Origin: an uncultured delta proteobacterium | GTDB lineage: Bacteria > Myxococcota > Myxococcia > SLRQ01 | DNA length: 64,000 nucleotides | Assembly: GCA_963727485.1 (NCBI GenBank) | Contig: CAVSGM010000003.1 | Location: 288,001 to 352,000 of the forward strand | Reading direction: 5' to 3' | Part shown: positions 1 to 8,742 of the stretch, in pieces | Layout: every line of letters begins with the position of its first letter | Position numbering within the stretch: position 1 is the stretch's first letter | Program-made: the position numbers and the translations under genes | Notes under the pieces: generated by a model | Databases searched by the model: none | What the model saw: the letters and a program-made list of their open reading frames with translations, nothing else | What the model was told of the DNA's origin: nothing

Positions 1-550
1 TGCGCTCCATCTCGTAGAGGCGGTGGACCCCGGTGGTGGTCTCCTCGGAGAGCCCCCGGACCGGGTCGTCGCCCTCGAAGAGCTCGGGGTGCTTCTCGTG
101 GGCCAGCAGGGTGAGGTCGCCGCCGTCGTCGAGGAGGAGGTTGGGGAGCTTGCCGCCCTCGAAGGCGGTGAGCTGGGTCTCGATGTTGGCCCAGTACTCG
201 TCCTCGCTCTCGCCCTTCCAGGCGAAGACCGGGACCCCGGCGGCGGCGATGGCCGCGGCGGCGTGGTCCTGGGTGCTGTAGATGTTGCAGCTGGTCCAGG
301 TGAGCTCGGCGCCGAGCTCCCGGAGGGTCTCGATGAGCACCGCGGTCTGGATGGTCATGTGCAGGCACCCGGCGATGCGCGCGCCCTTCAGCGGCTTCTG
401 CGCGCCGTACTCCTCGCGCAGGGCCATCAGCCCGGGCATCTCGGTCTCGGCGATCTCGATCTCCTTGCGGCCCCACTCGGCGAGGGAGAGATCGGCGACC
501 TGGTGCGGCTGGCTGGGACGGCTCGGGGGCACGGCGACGGGCTGACTCAT
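1..550 (-). CDS. ahcY: Adenosylhomocysteinase (5' part; runs off window edge)
   Basis: Manual translation from ATG 550: MSQPVAV...[31 protein letters not shown]...[25 protein letters not shown]...[16 protein letters not shown]...LLDDGGDLT...[11 protein letters not shown], all AdoHcyase signature segments. Absent from ORF track because it has no stop in the window. Confidence 0.97.
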   Translation of the reverse strand, partial: MSQPVAVPPSRPSQPHQVADLSLAEWGRKEIEIAETEMPGLMALREEYGAQKPLKGARIAGCLHMTIQTAVLIETLRELGAELTWTSCNIYSTQDHAAAAIAAAGVPVFAWKGESEDEYWANIETQLTAFEGGKLPNLLLDDGGDLTLLAHEKHPELFEGDDPVRGLSEETTTGVHRLYEMER

Positions 551-691
551 GAGACTTCCTCTTGTTTCTGGTTTCCTGGGGTTTCGGCCCCTCCGAATAT
601 ACGGCGCGACCCACCGGGTCAACCGGCGCCCGCCCCCCGGGGGGCGTGCCGCCGTAACCGCCAGGCTGGTATCCTCGTCCTGGGATTCGTG

Positions 692-1348
692 TTGGCAACC
701 GCTGGATCGAAGCGCCCCCCCGAGGGGCTCGCCGACGTCGCCGCCAATCCGGCGCTGGCCGACCACGCCAATCGGGTGGCGGTGGCCCGGGTCCTCGACG
801 GCGACCGCGACGCCTTCGCCGACCTCGTCGCCCGCCACGGCCGGGGGATCCACCGCCTCGCCTTCCGCCTCCTCCGGGATCCGGCGCTCGCCGAGGAGGT
901 CGCCCAGGAGGCGTTTGCCCGGGCGTACGTGGGGCTGGGGCGTTTCCGGGGGGAGGGGTCGATCCGCCCCTGGCTCTACCGGATCACCGCCAACCTCTGC
1001 CGGGACGTGATGAAGCGGGCCGACCGCCGGGAGCACGCCAGCGCCGACCCCACCCTCGACGGCACCGCCGCGCCCGTCGGCGGGAGCCCCTTCGGCCGCC
1101 TCCGGGAGGTGGAGGTCGACCGGCGCCGGGCCCTGGTGGCCCTGGAGGGGGCCATCGCCAGGCTCCCCGACGGCCAGCGCGAGGCCTTCGTCCTGCGCCT
1201 CATCGAGAACCTGCCCTACGAGGAGATGGAGGCGGCCACCGGGGTCGCCGTGGGCGCCCTCAAGGTGCGCGTGCACCGCGCCCGGGAGCGCCTCAAGGCC
1301 GAGCTCGGCGAGCTCCTCGACGGCATCGTGGAGGAGACCCCCACATGA
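692..1348 (+). CDS. ECF-type RNA polymerase sigma-70 factor
   Basis: C-terminal part of ORF 23..1348: [26 protein letters not shown] (region 2), [24 protein letters not shown]...YEEM...[14 protein letters not shown] (region 4). Start uncertain (GTG 689 or TTG 692). Confidence 0.93.
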   Translation: MATAGSKRPPEGLADVAANPALADHANRVAVARVLDGDRDAFADLVARHGRGIHRLAFRLLRDPALAEEVAQEAFARAYVGLGRFRGEGSIRPWLYRITANLCRDVMKRADRREHASADPTLDGTAAPVGGSPFGRLREVEVDRRRALVALEGAIARLPDGQREAFVLRLIENLPYEEMEAATGVAVGALKVRVHRARERLKAELGELLDGIVEETPT

Positions 1349-2082
1349 GCCACCCCAATCCCCAGACCCTCCTGGGCCGCTGGCTCGACGGCGACCTCGA
1401 CGAGGCCGGGGCCGAGGCCCTCGCCGACCACCTCAAGCAGAGCAGCGAGGCCCGCCGGGACCTCTCCCGCTACGAGGCCCTCGAGGCCCTCACCGCCGCC
1501 TTGCGCCCGGCCCCGGCGCCCGAAGGCGACCTGGTGGCCAGGGTCATGGCCCGGATCGCCACCCGGCGCCCCCCGCGCAGGCCCCTGGGGCAGCGCCTCG
1601 TGGCCCGCCTCACCGCCTCGCCCCTGCGCCTGGGCCTCGCCGGGGCCTCGGCGGTGGCCCTGGGCCTCGTCGTGGGCCTGGTCGTCGGCCGGGGCACCGC
1701 GCCGGCAACGGACGCCGTCGACGCCCGCCGGCCCTTGGTCCCCGTCGCCCCGACCGGCGCCCCGGGCGCCGCCGCCCTGCGCCACGTGGACCTCGCCGTC
1801 CCTGGCCCGGCGGTGGACGCCGTCCGCGGGGGCCGCGCCTGGGTGACCTTCGTCTTCCACGATCCCGGCGCCCGGTCGGTGGCCGTGGCCGGGAGCTTCA
1901 ACGACTGGGCCCGCACCCCGATGACCCGCAGCGACGGGGCCTGGCACTTGACCGTCCCCATGAAGCAGGGCAGGCAGGAGTACCTCTTCGTGGTGGACGG
2001 TCATCGATGGGTGGTGGATCCCGCGGCACCGGCGGTCGCCGACGACGGCTTCGGCGGACACAACGCCGTGCTCCAGCTCTAG
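1345..2082 (+). CDS. Membrane-anchored anti-sigma factor with C-terminal CBM48/AMPK-beta-like glycogen-binding domain
   Basis: ATGA overlap with sigma. N-terminal anti-sigma-like LGRWLDGDL...ADHL, one TM helix ([20 protein letters not shown]), C-terminal [13 protein letters not shown]...[29 protein letters not shown]...[11 protein letters not shown] typical of CBM48/E-set domains. Confidence 0.85.
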   Translation: MSHPNPQTLLGRWLDGDLDEAGAEALADHLKQSSEARRDLSRYEALEALTAALRPAPAPEGDLVARVMARIATRRPPRRPLGQRLVARLTASPLRLGLAGASAVALGLVVGLVVGRGTAPATDAVDARRPLVPVAPTGAPGAAALRHVDLAVPGPAVDAVRGGRAWVTFVFHDPGARSVAVAGSFNDWARTPMTRSDGAWHLTVPMKQGRQEYLFVVDGHRWVVDPAAPAVADDGFGGHNAVLQL

Positions 2083-2135
2083 GGGCGCGGGCCGTCCCCG
2101 GTTCGCCCACTCTCCCCAGGCGCCGGGCGGCCCCG

Positions 2136-3053
2136 GTGGCGTTGGCGCTGGTGGCCCTCCTGGCCCCGGCGACCGCCCGGGCCGGGGGCGCGGTGCACCT
2201 CTCGCTCACCCTGGTCGCCGGCGGCGCCTCCAACGCCTGGCTCGAGCCCGGGCCCCAGACCCCCGAGGCCATCGGGCTCCTCGCCCCGTCCCTCTCGGTG
2301 GCCTGGCGGGGCCGGAGGGTGGGCCTCGACGCCGGCTACGACCTCCTCGGCACCCGGTACCTGGTCGGCGAGGTCACCGGCCTCGACCACCAGGCCCACC
2401 TCGCAGCCTCGCTGTGGCCCGGGGGCGGCTGGCGGCTCCGGGCGCGCCTCGCCGGCGCCCTGACCACCTACGACGCCACCGGCCCCACCGGGACCCCCGG
2501 CACCCTCCCGGTCCTCGCCAGCGCCAGCCGGGCGGCGACCGTGGGCCTCTCGGCGAGGTGGCGCGCCGGATCCTGGGGGGTGGCGGCCCGGTGGGTCGGG
2601 AGCCTGCGCCGCAGTGACCTCACCCTCGCGGGCAGCGCCACCCCGGTCCCGGTGGACGAGGCCGACCACGTCGCCGGGCTCTCGCTGTCGTGGCGGCCGG
2701 GCCCCCGGGCCGGGCTCCGGGTGGGCCCGCTGGTCGACCTGCGCCTCACCGACGCCACCGACCTCGCCTACACCGGCGCCGGCGTCGGCGCGGCGGCGTG
2801 GCTCCGGGCCTGGCGCGGCGGGCGCGTCACCGTCGCCCTCCGGGCCCAGGCCAACGTGTTCTCCGGCACCTACGCCCGCACCGACCTCTTCGCCCGGCTC
2901 CGCCTGGGGGTGAGCCAGACCCTCGGGGACCACCTGATCCTCCGGGTCAGCTACGCCTACAGCGCCAACGGCTCCGAGCTCGCCGCCTACGACGCCGACC
3001 GGCACCTGGTCCTGGTCTCCCTCGAGGCCGGGGCCGACCTCCTGTCGTTCTGA
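2136..3053 (+). CDS. Putative outer-membrane beta-barrel protein
   Basis: Signal peptide ending ATARA, alternating amphipathic strands (LRLGVSQTL, LRVSYAYS, LVLVSLEAG), terminal Phe. Start approximate (within ORF 2007..3053). Confidence 0.6.
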   Translation: MALALVALLAPATARAGGAVHLSLTLVAGGASNAWLEPGPQTPEAIGLLAPSLSVAWRGRRVGLDAGYDLLGTRYLVGEVTGLDHQAHLAASLWPGGGWRLRARLAGALTTYDATGPTGTPGTLPVLASASRAATVGLSARWRAGSWGVAARWVGSLRRSDLTLAGSATPVPVDEADHVAGLSLSWRPGPRAGLRVGPLVDLRLTDATDLAYTGAGVGAAAWLRAWRGGRVTVALRAQANVFSGTYARTDLFARLRLGVSQTLGDHLILRVSYAYSANGSELAAYDADRHLVLVSLEAGADLLSF

Positions 3054-3086
3054 TCGCCGGGCGGTTCCGGGGTATCCTCGGACCCG

Positions 3087-3833
3087 GTGAGCCTCGCCTG
3101 CGCCGTCCTCCTCCTCGCGCTCCTCGCGCCTGCCCGGGCCCGCGCCTCGGGCCCGGCCCACCCGACCGCGCCGGCCGCGGCGCCCGCCCCGAAGCCGGCC
3201 CCCAAGCCGGCCCCCAAGCCGGCCCCGAAGCCGGCCGCGGCGCCCGCCCCGAAGCCGGCCCCGAAGCCCGCGACCCTCCTGCTCCGGCACCTCCCCGCCG
3301 GCAGCCGGGTGACCCTCGACGGGGTGCCCGTGGGCAATCCCACCGGGCCCATCGCCGTGGACCCGGGGGCCTACGTCCTCGACATCTACCCCCCGGCGGC
3401 GCCCACCCTCGAGACCTTCGTGGATCTCGCCCCCGGGGCCCGGCGCACGGTCACCTACCGCGCCGGCCCGCCCCCGGACCCGCTGCCCCGACCGGCGCCG
3501 GTGGTGGGGCGGGCCCTGGTGGGCGCCGGGGTGGTCGCCGCCCTCGCCTCGGCCACCTGGTGGCTCCTCGCCGACGACAGCGCCGGCGCCGAGATCCGGG
3601 TCGAGGGCCAGGCGGGCCTCGACCCGGCCACCCGGGCGACCATCCTCGGGGAGCTCCGGGCGCGGGAGGGCCTCCGCCGGGAGGTCTCCGTGGCCACCGG
3701 GGTCACCGCCGGCCTGCTCCTGGTCGGGGGCGCCGTGGTCTGGCGCCTCCTCGACGCCGGCGGCCCCGTGACCCCGGTGGTGGCCCCGGTCTCCGGCGGC
3801 GCCGTGGGGGGCTTCACCCTTCGCCTCCCCTGA
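3087..3833 (+). CDS. Exported PEGA-like domain protein with PKPA repeat linker
   Basis: Signal peptide, (PKPA)n repeats, PAGSRVTLDGVPVG..P..IAVDPGAYVLDI (PEGA-like), two hydrophobic segments and myxobacterial-type tail PVVAPVSGGAVGGFTLRLP. Confidence 0.65.
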   Translation: MSLACAVLLLALLAPARARASGPAHPTAPAAAPAPKPAPKPAPKPAPKPAAAPAPKPAPKPATLLLRHLPAGSRVTLDGVPVGNPTGPIAVDPGAYVLDIYPPAAPTLETFVDLAPGARRTVTYRAGPPPDPLPRPAPVVGRALVGAGVVAALASATWWLLADDSAGAEIRVEGQAGLDPATRATILGELRAREGLRREVSVATGVTAGLLLVGGAVVWRLLDAGGPVTPVVAPVSGGAVGGFTLRLP

Positions 3834-3900
3834 TCGGATCCCCTCCGCCTCGGCCCCGTCGAGGTAACCGCACGAGACCCTGCTCGTCCCAAGCAACACC

Positions 3901-4752
3901 ATGGCCGCACGCCTCCTCGCCGTCGTCCTCGCCTGCCTCGTCGCCCTCCCCACGGCGGCCGAGGTCCCCGAGGCGACCGCGCGGCGCCTCACCGACCGGG
4001 CCGCCGCCGCGGGCCTCGACCCGGCCACCCGGGACGCCGCCCTGGCCCTGGTCCGGGGCGCGGACGCCCGGGGCCTGCCCGTGGGGCCGGTGGCCGACAA
4101 GCTCTACGAGGGGGCCCTCAAGCACGTCCCCGGCCCGCGGATCCTCGCGGCGATGCGCACGGTGGTGAACCGCCTCGAGGCGGCCCGCAGGCTCCTCGAC
4201 CAGGCCACGCGCCTCGGCGCCACCGGGCGCCCGGCCGCCGCCGACCTCGAGCGGGTCGCCGGCGCCCTCGGCGACGGGGTGGCCCCGGGGCAGCTCGTCG
4301 AGCTCACCGCCGCCGCCGGCGCCGCCCACCGGCCCGTCTCCCGGGTCGCCGCCGCGGCCCGCACCCTCGACCGGCTCCGGGCCATGGGCGTGTACCTCCC
4401 AGAGGCGGCCACCGCCCTCGCCGCCGCGGTCCGGGCCGGGTGGGGCGCCTCGGACCTCGCGGCCGTCGCCGACGCCTGGCGCCGCCACGCCGCGGCGGGC
4501 GAGGCGCCCAAGGCCTTCTTCCGGCACCTCGGCCGCCGGGCCGCCCACGGCCCGCCCCCGGATCCCGCCGCCCGCGGCCGCCTCCCCGACGAGCGCGGAG
4601 GCGGTGGCAGCCGGGCACCCGGGGGCGAGGGCATGGGCAGGTCCCACGGCCACGGCAACCCCTACAGCGGGGACCGGCCGAACGCGGGCAACGGGTTCGG
4701 CGCCGGCCACGGCCACGGACCGCCCGGGGGATCGTCCCCGGGCAAGCCCTGA
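3901..4752 (+). CDS. Exported alpha-helical hypothetical protein with Gly/His-rich tail
   Basis: Signal peptide, helical core RGLPVGPVADKLYEGALKHVPGPRILAAMR, low-complexity GHGHG tail; strong GC3 codon bias. Confidence 0.7.
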   Translation: MAARLLAVVLACLVALPTAAEVPEATARRLTDRAAAAGLDPATRDAALALVRGADARGLPVGPVADKLYEGALKHVPGPRILAAMRTVVNRLEAARRLLDQATRLGATGRPAAADLERVAGALGDGVAPGQLVELTAAAGAAHRPVSRVAAAARTLDRLRAMGVYLPEAATALAAAVRAGWGASDLAAVADAWRRHAAAGEAPKAFFRHLGRRAAHGPPPDPAARGRLPDERGGGGSRAPGGEGMGRSHGHGNPYSGDRPNAGNGFGAGHGHGPPGGSSPGKP

Positions 4753-4817
4753 TCCAGGGCGCCCGCGACCGACGTCGAGCTCGACCGCGTCCGAGGCGCC
4801 TGCCTAGCCTCCAGGGG

Positions 4818-6173
4818 ATGCGACTGCGCTTCCTCGGAGCCACGGGCACGGTCACCGGCTCCCGGTTCCTGGTCACCACCGGCGGCCACCGGCTCCTCGT
4901 CGACTGCGGGCTCTTCCAGGGCTACAAGCGCCTGCGCCTGCGCAACCGGGCGCCGTTCCCGGTCGCCCCGGCGCGCCTCGAGGCCGTGGTCCTCACCCAC
5001 GCCCACCTCGACCACTCCGGCTACCTCCCGGCGCTGGTCAAGGCTGGCTTCGCCGGGCCGATATACTGCACCGATGCCACCCGGGACCTGTGCGAGATCC
5101 TCCTCCGGGACGCCGGCCGGCTCCAGGAGGAGGAGGCGGACTACGCCAACCGCAAGGGCTTCAGCCGCCACCATCCCGCCCTGCCCCTCTACACCGAGGC
5201 CGACGCGGTGGCCGCCTTGAAGCGCCTGGTCCCCCTCCCCTTCGACGACCGGGCCGAGGTGCTCCCCGGGGTCGGAGCCCGCCTGCGCCACGCCGGCCAC
5301 ATCCTCGGCGCCGCCACCGTCACCCTCGAGGCCGAGGGCCGGACCCTGGCCTTCACCGGGGATCTCGGACGGCCGGACGATCCGCTGCTCCTGCCCCCCG
5401 AGCCCATCCCCCAGGCCGACGTCCTGGTCTGCGAGTCCACCTACGGCGACCGCCACCACGCCCCGGGGGACCCCGGGGAGGTCATCGGCGAGGTGATCCG
5501 CCGGACCTTCGCCCGGGGGGGCACCGTGGTGATCCCCGCTTTCGCCGTGGGCCGAACCCAGGGAATACTCTACTACCTCCACCGGCTCCAGGAGGCCCGG
5601 GCCATCCCCGACCTCCCGATCTTCCTCGACTCGCCCATGGCCACCGACGTCACCGAGCTCTTCGCCCGCTACGGGGCCCGCCACCGGCTCTCCGCCGCCG
5701 AGGTCGCGGCGGTGTGCCGCACCGCCGAGGTGGTCAACGGCGTCGAGTCCTCCAAGGCCGTCGACCGGGACAGGCGGCCCAAGGTCATCCTCTCGGCCAG
5801 CGGCATGGCCACCGGCGGCCGGGTGGTCCACCACCTCAAGGCCTTCGCGCCCGATCCCAGGAGCACCCTGCTCTTCGTGGGCTACCAGGCCGGGGGCACC
5901 CGGGGCGCCGACATCGTCCACGGGGCCCGGTCGGTGCGCATCCACGGCGCGGACGTCCCCATCGCCGCCGAGGTGGTGCAGCTCCACGAGATGAGCGCCC
6001 ACGCCGACGCCGACGAGATCCTCGGCTGGATGAAGGGCTTCGAGACGCCCCCCGAGACCACCTGGCTGGTCCACGGCGAGCCCGAGGCCAGCGAGGGGCT
6101 GCGCCGCCGCATCGTCCGGGAGCTCGGGTGGCACGTCGCCGTCCCCGAGCAGCTGCAGCGGGTGTCGGTGTGA
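4818..6173 (+). CDS. MBL-fold beta-CASP ribonuclease family protein
   Basis: MRLRFLGATGTVTGS, VDCGLFQG, LTHAHLDHSG, AGHILGA, ESTYGDR, PAFAVGRTQ, SASGMATGGRVVHHL, SAHAD, LVHGE. Confidence 0.95.
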   Translation: MRLRFLGATGTVTGSRFLVTTGGHRLLVDCGLFQGYKRLRLRNRAPFPVAPARLEAVVLTHAHLDHSGYLPALVKAGFAGPIYCTDATRDLCEILLRDAGRLQEEEADYANRKGFSRHHPALPLYTEADAVAALKRLVPLPFDDRAEVLPGVGARLRHAGHILGAATVTLEAEGRTLAFTGDLGRPDDPLLLPPEPIPQADVLVCESTYGDRHHAPGDPGEVIGEVIRRTFARGGTVVIPAFAVGRTQGILYYLHRLQEARAIPDLPIFLDSPMATDVTELFARYGARHRLSAAEVAAVCRTAEVVNGVESSKAVDRDRRPKVILSASGMATGGRVVHHLKAFAPDPRSTLLFVGYQAGGTRGADIVHGARSVRIHGADVPIAAEVVQLHEMSAHADADEILGWMKGFETPPETTWLVHGEPEASEGLRRRIVRELGWHVAVPEQLQRVSV

Positions 6174-8100
6174 CGCCGCCCGGGACCCCCCAGGTGGTCC
6201 GGGCCGAGCTCGGCCTCATCGACGCCGCGCCCACGGCGATGCTCATCGTCGACGAGGACGGCATCATCCTCCGCGCCAACCCGCCGGTGGAGACCCTCCT
6301 CGGCTACGCCCGGTCCGAGCTCGAGGGGGTGTCGGTGGAGCGTCCTCCTCCCCGCGGCGATCCGGGGGGCCCATGTGGCCATGCGCCGGTCCTTCCACGC
6401 CGATCCGTCGATGCGGCCGGCGGGCCGGGGTCGGGACCTGGTGGCCAGCCACCGGGACGGCCACCCGGTCCCGGTGGGGGTCTACCTGGCGCCGGTCGTG
6501 GTCGACCGGATCCGGTGCGTCGGGCGTCACCATCATCGACCTCACCGAGAGCAAGGCGGCCGGGCGCGCCCTCGCCGAGAGCGAGGCCCGCTACCGCCTC
6601 CTCGCCGAGCACGCCACCGACGTCATCACCCGCCACGACGCCGACGGCAACTGCATCTACGCCTCCCCGGCGGTGGAGCGCCTCCTCGGCCTCGACCCCC
6701 AGACGCTGGTCGGGCGCCCGGTCATCCAGATGGTCCACCCGGACGACCGGGACGGGGTCAAGGCGGCCTCGGACGCCCTCCGCGAGACCGGGGGGCGGGC
6801 CACCCTGGAGCTCCGGTTCGCCCGGGCCGACGGCAGCTGGTTGTGGGTCGAGGCCACCAGCCAGGCGGTCTGCGGCGCCGACGGCTCTCAGGAGATCGTC
6901 TCCATCTCCCGGGACATCACCCAGCGCCGGGAGCTCACGGCGAAGATGATGGGGATGGACCGGATGATCGCCGTGGGCACCCTCGCCGCCGGCGTGGGCC
7001 ACGAGATCAACAACCCCCTGGCCTTCGTCACCGCCAACGTCGACTTCGCCCTCGAGCACCTGGGGCAGCTCGCCGCCAAGCTCCCCCACCCGGAGCTCGC
7101 CGAGATTCGCGAGGCCCTGGCCGACGCCAAGGACGGGGCCTGGCGCATCCGGTCCATCGTCCGGGACCTCAAGCGCTTCGCCGGCCAGGAGGACCGGAGC
7201 CTGGGGTCGGTGGACCTCCACGCGGCCCTGGACGCGGCCATCGCCATGGCCACCAACGAGATCCGCCACCGGGCGCAGCTCGAGCGACGCCTGGGGACGC
7301 CGCCAAAGGTGACGGGCAACGACGGCCAGCTCTCCCAGGTCTTCCTCAACCTGTTGGTCAACGCCGCCCAGGCCATCCCCCTCGGCGCCGCCGAGGCCCA
7401 CCGCATCCGGGTCACCACCCGGGCGGTGGACGGAGCGGCGGTGGTGGAGATCGCCGACGACGGCGCCGGGATCCCCGCCGACCGCCTGGACCGGATCTTC
7501 GATCCCTTCTTCACCACCAAGCCCGTCGATCAGGGCACGGGCCTGGGCCTGGCCATCTGCCGGCGGATCGTCCAGGACCATGGGGGTGACATCGCCGTGG
7601 AGAGCACCGAGGGGGTGGGGACCACCTTCCGTATCACCCTCCCCGGGGCCACCGCCCCGGTGGCGCACGGGCCCGCCGAAGCCGCCGAGGCCGAGGCCCC
7701 CGCCCCCAGCCGGCGGGGGCGGATCCTGGTCATCGACGACGAGCCGGCGGTGTGCCGGGCGGTGGCCCGGATCCTGGGCCGGGACCACGCGGTCGAGGTC
7801 TTCAGCGACGGCCGGGCGGGCCTCGCTCGGCTCCTCGACGACCGGGGCTTCGACCTGGTGCTCTGCGACCTGATGATGCCCGAGCTCACGGGCATGGAGC
7901 TCCACGCCGAGGTGAAAGAGCTGGCCCCGGCGCTCCTCCACCGCCTGGTCTTCGTCACCGGGGGCGCCTTCACCCCCGAGGCCGAGCGCTTCGTCACCGA
8001 GGTGGCCGGGGAGACTCTGGCCAAGCCCTTCGGCGTGAAGGCCCTGCGCGCCTTCGTGGCCGGGCGCCTCGACGACCGCACGCCTGCGACGGCCCCCTAG
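6170..8100 (+). CDS. Hybrid PAS-PAS histidine kinase with receiver domain (two apparent +1 frameshifts near 6341 and 6523)
   Basis: First PAS spread over three frames (IDAAPTAMLIVDEDG...VER / LLP...HRDGHPVPV / VTIIDLTESK). H-box AGVGHEINNPL, QVFLNLLVNAAQA, DPFFTTKP, GTGLGL, receiver ILVIDDE...LCDLMMP...KP. Confidence 0.9.
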
Positions 8101-8732
8101 AAGAGGACCCGGTAGCCCGCCACCACGTTGAGGGCGCCCACCGAGGTCTTGCGCAGGACGTACTGGTCCACCGAGGCGTAGCCGAACTGCAGCTCCAGGG
8201 TCAGCGCCCCGGGCCCCAGCGCCCACTCGGTGCCCGCCGCCGCGTAGAAGCCCACCTGGGTGGAGGTCTCGGCGTTCTTGCCGAAGTCCTGGCCCCCGCC
8301 GCTGGCGGTGATGTCGGTGCGCATCAGGTAGAGCCGGGGCCCCAGCGCCACGTAGGGCCGCCAGGCGCTCCCGGTGTCGAAGCGGTACTGCGCCGAGAGG
8401 GTGAGGATGAGCTGGTTCTGGGTGAGGGTGTAGCTCATGGTCCCGCTCCCCGGCAGCCGCGGGTCCTTGGGGGCGGTCCCGGTGGTCGTCGGCGCCGCGT
8501 ACTGGCCGGCGAGGGCCACCACGAAGCTGTGGGACGCCCCGAAGCCGTAGCCCAGCTCGAGCTCGGGGACGAAGGCGGTGCCGAAGGGGCTCGCCACCTG
8601 GCCGAAGCCGGCCCCCACCTTGAACCCGAGGAGCACCGGCCCGCCGTCGGGGGAGGCGGCGAGGGCCGGGGCCGCCGGGGCGGCGAGGAGGACGGCGACC
8701 AGGGCGGTCCGCAGACTCTTGATGAAGCGCAT
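8097..8732 (-). CDS. Small outer-membrane beta-barrel protein (OmpW/OmpA-like)
   Basis: MRFIKSLRTALVAVLLAAPAAPALA signal peptide, WRPYVALGP, about eight amphipathic strands, C-terminal VAGYRVLF; AGGAGG SD. Confidence 0.8.
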   Translation of the reverse strand: MRFIKSLRTALVAVLLAAPAAPALAASPDGGPVLLGFKVGAGFGQVASPFGTAFVPELELGYGFGASHSFVVALAGQYAAPTTTGTAPKDPRLPGSGTMSYTLTQNQLILTLSAQYRFDTGSAWRPYVALGPRLYLMRTDITASGGGQDFGKNAETSTQVGFYAAAGTEWALGPGALTLELQFGYASVDQYVLRKTSVGALNVVAGYRVLF

Positions 8733-8742
8733 GGCGTCCTCC

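Noticed and set aside
551..690. SAH or SAM riboswitch upstream of ahcY
   Set aside because: Consensus elements are not recognisable by eye; an Rfam scan would be needed to exclude it fully.
3164..3270. Tandem repeats at 3164-3270, 17044-17110, 23867-23895 and 35655-35700 as mobile or CRISPR repeats
   Set aside because: All are in-frame low-complexity coding linkers (PKPA, AGADGV, PETDRP, RPAAPS).
4440..6173. beta-CASP nuclease as a defence system component
   Set aside because: Ordinary stand-alone family member with no defence-type neighbours.
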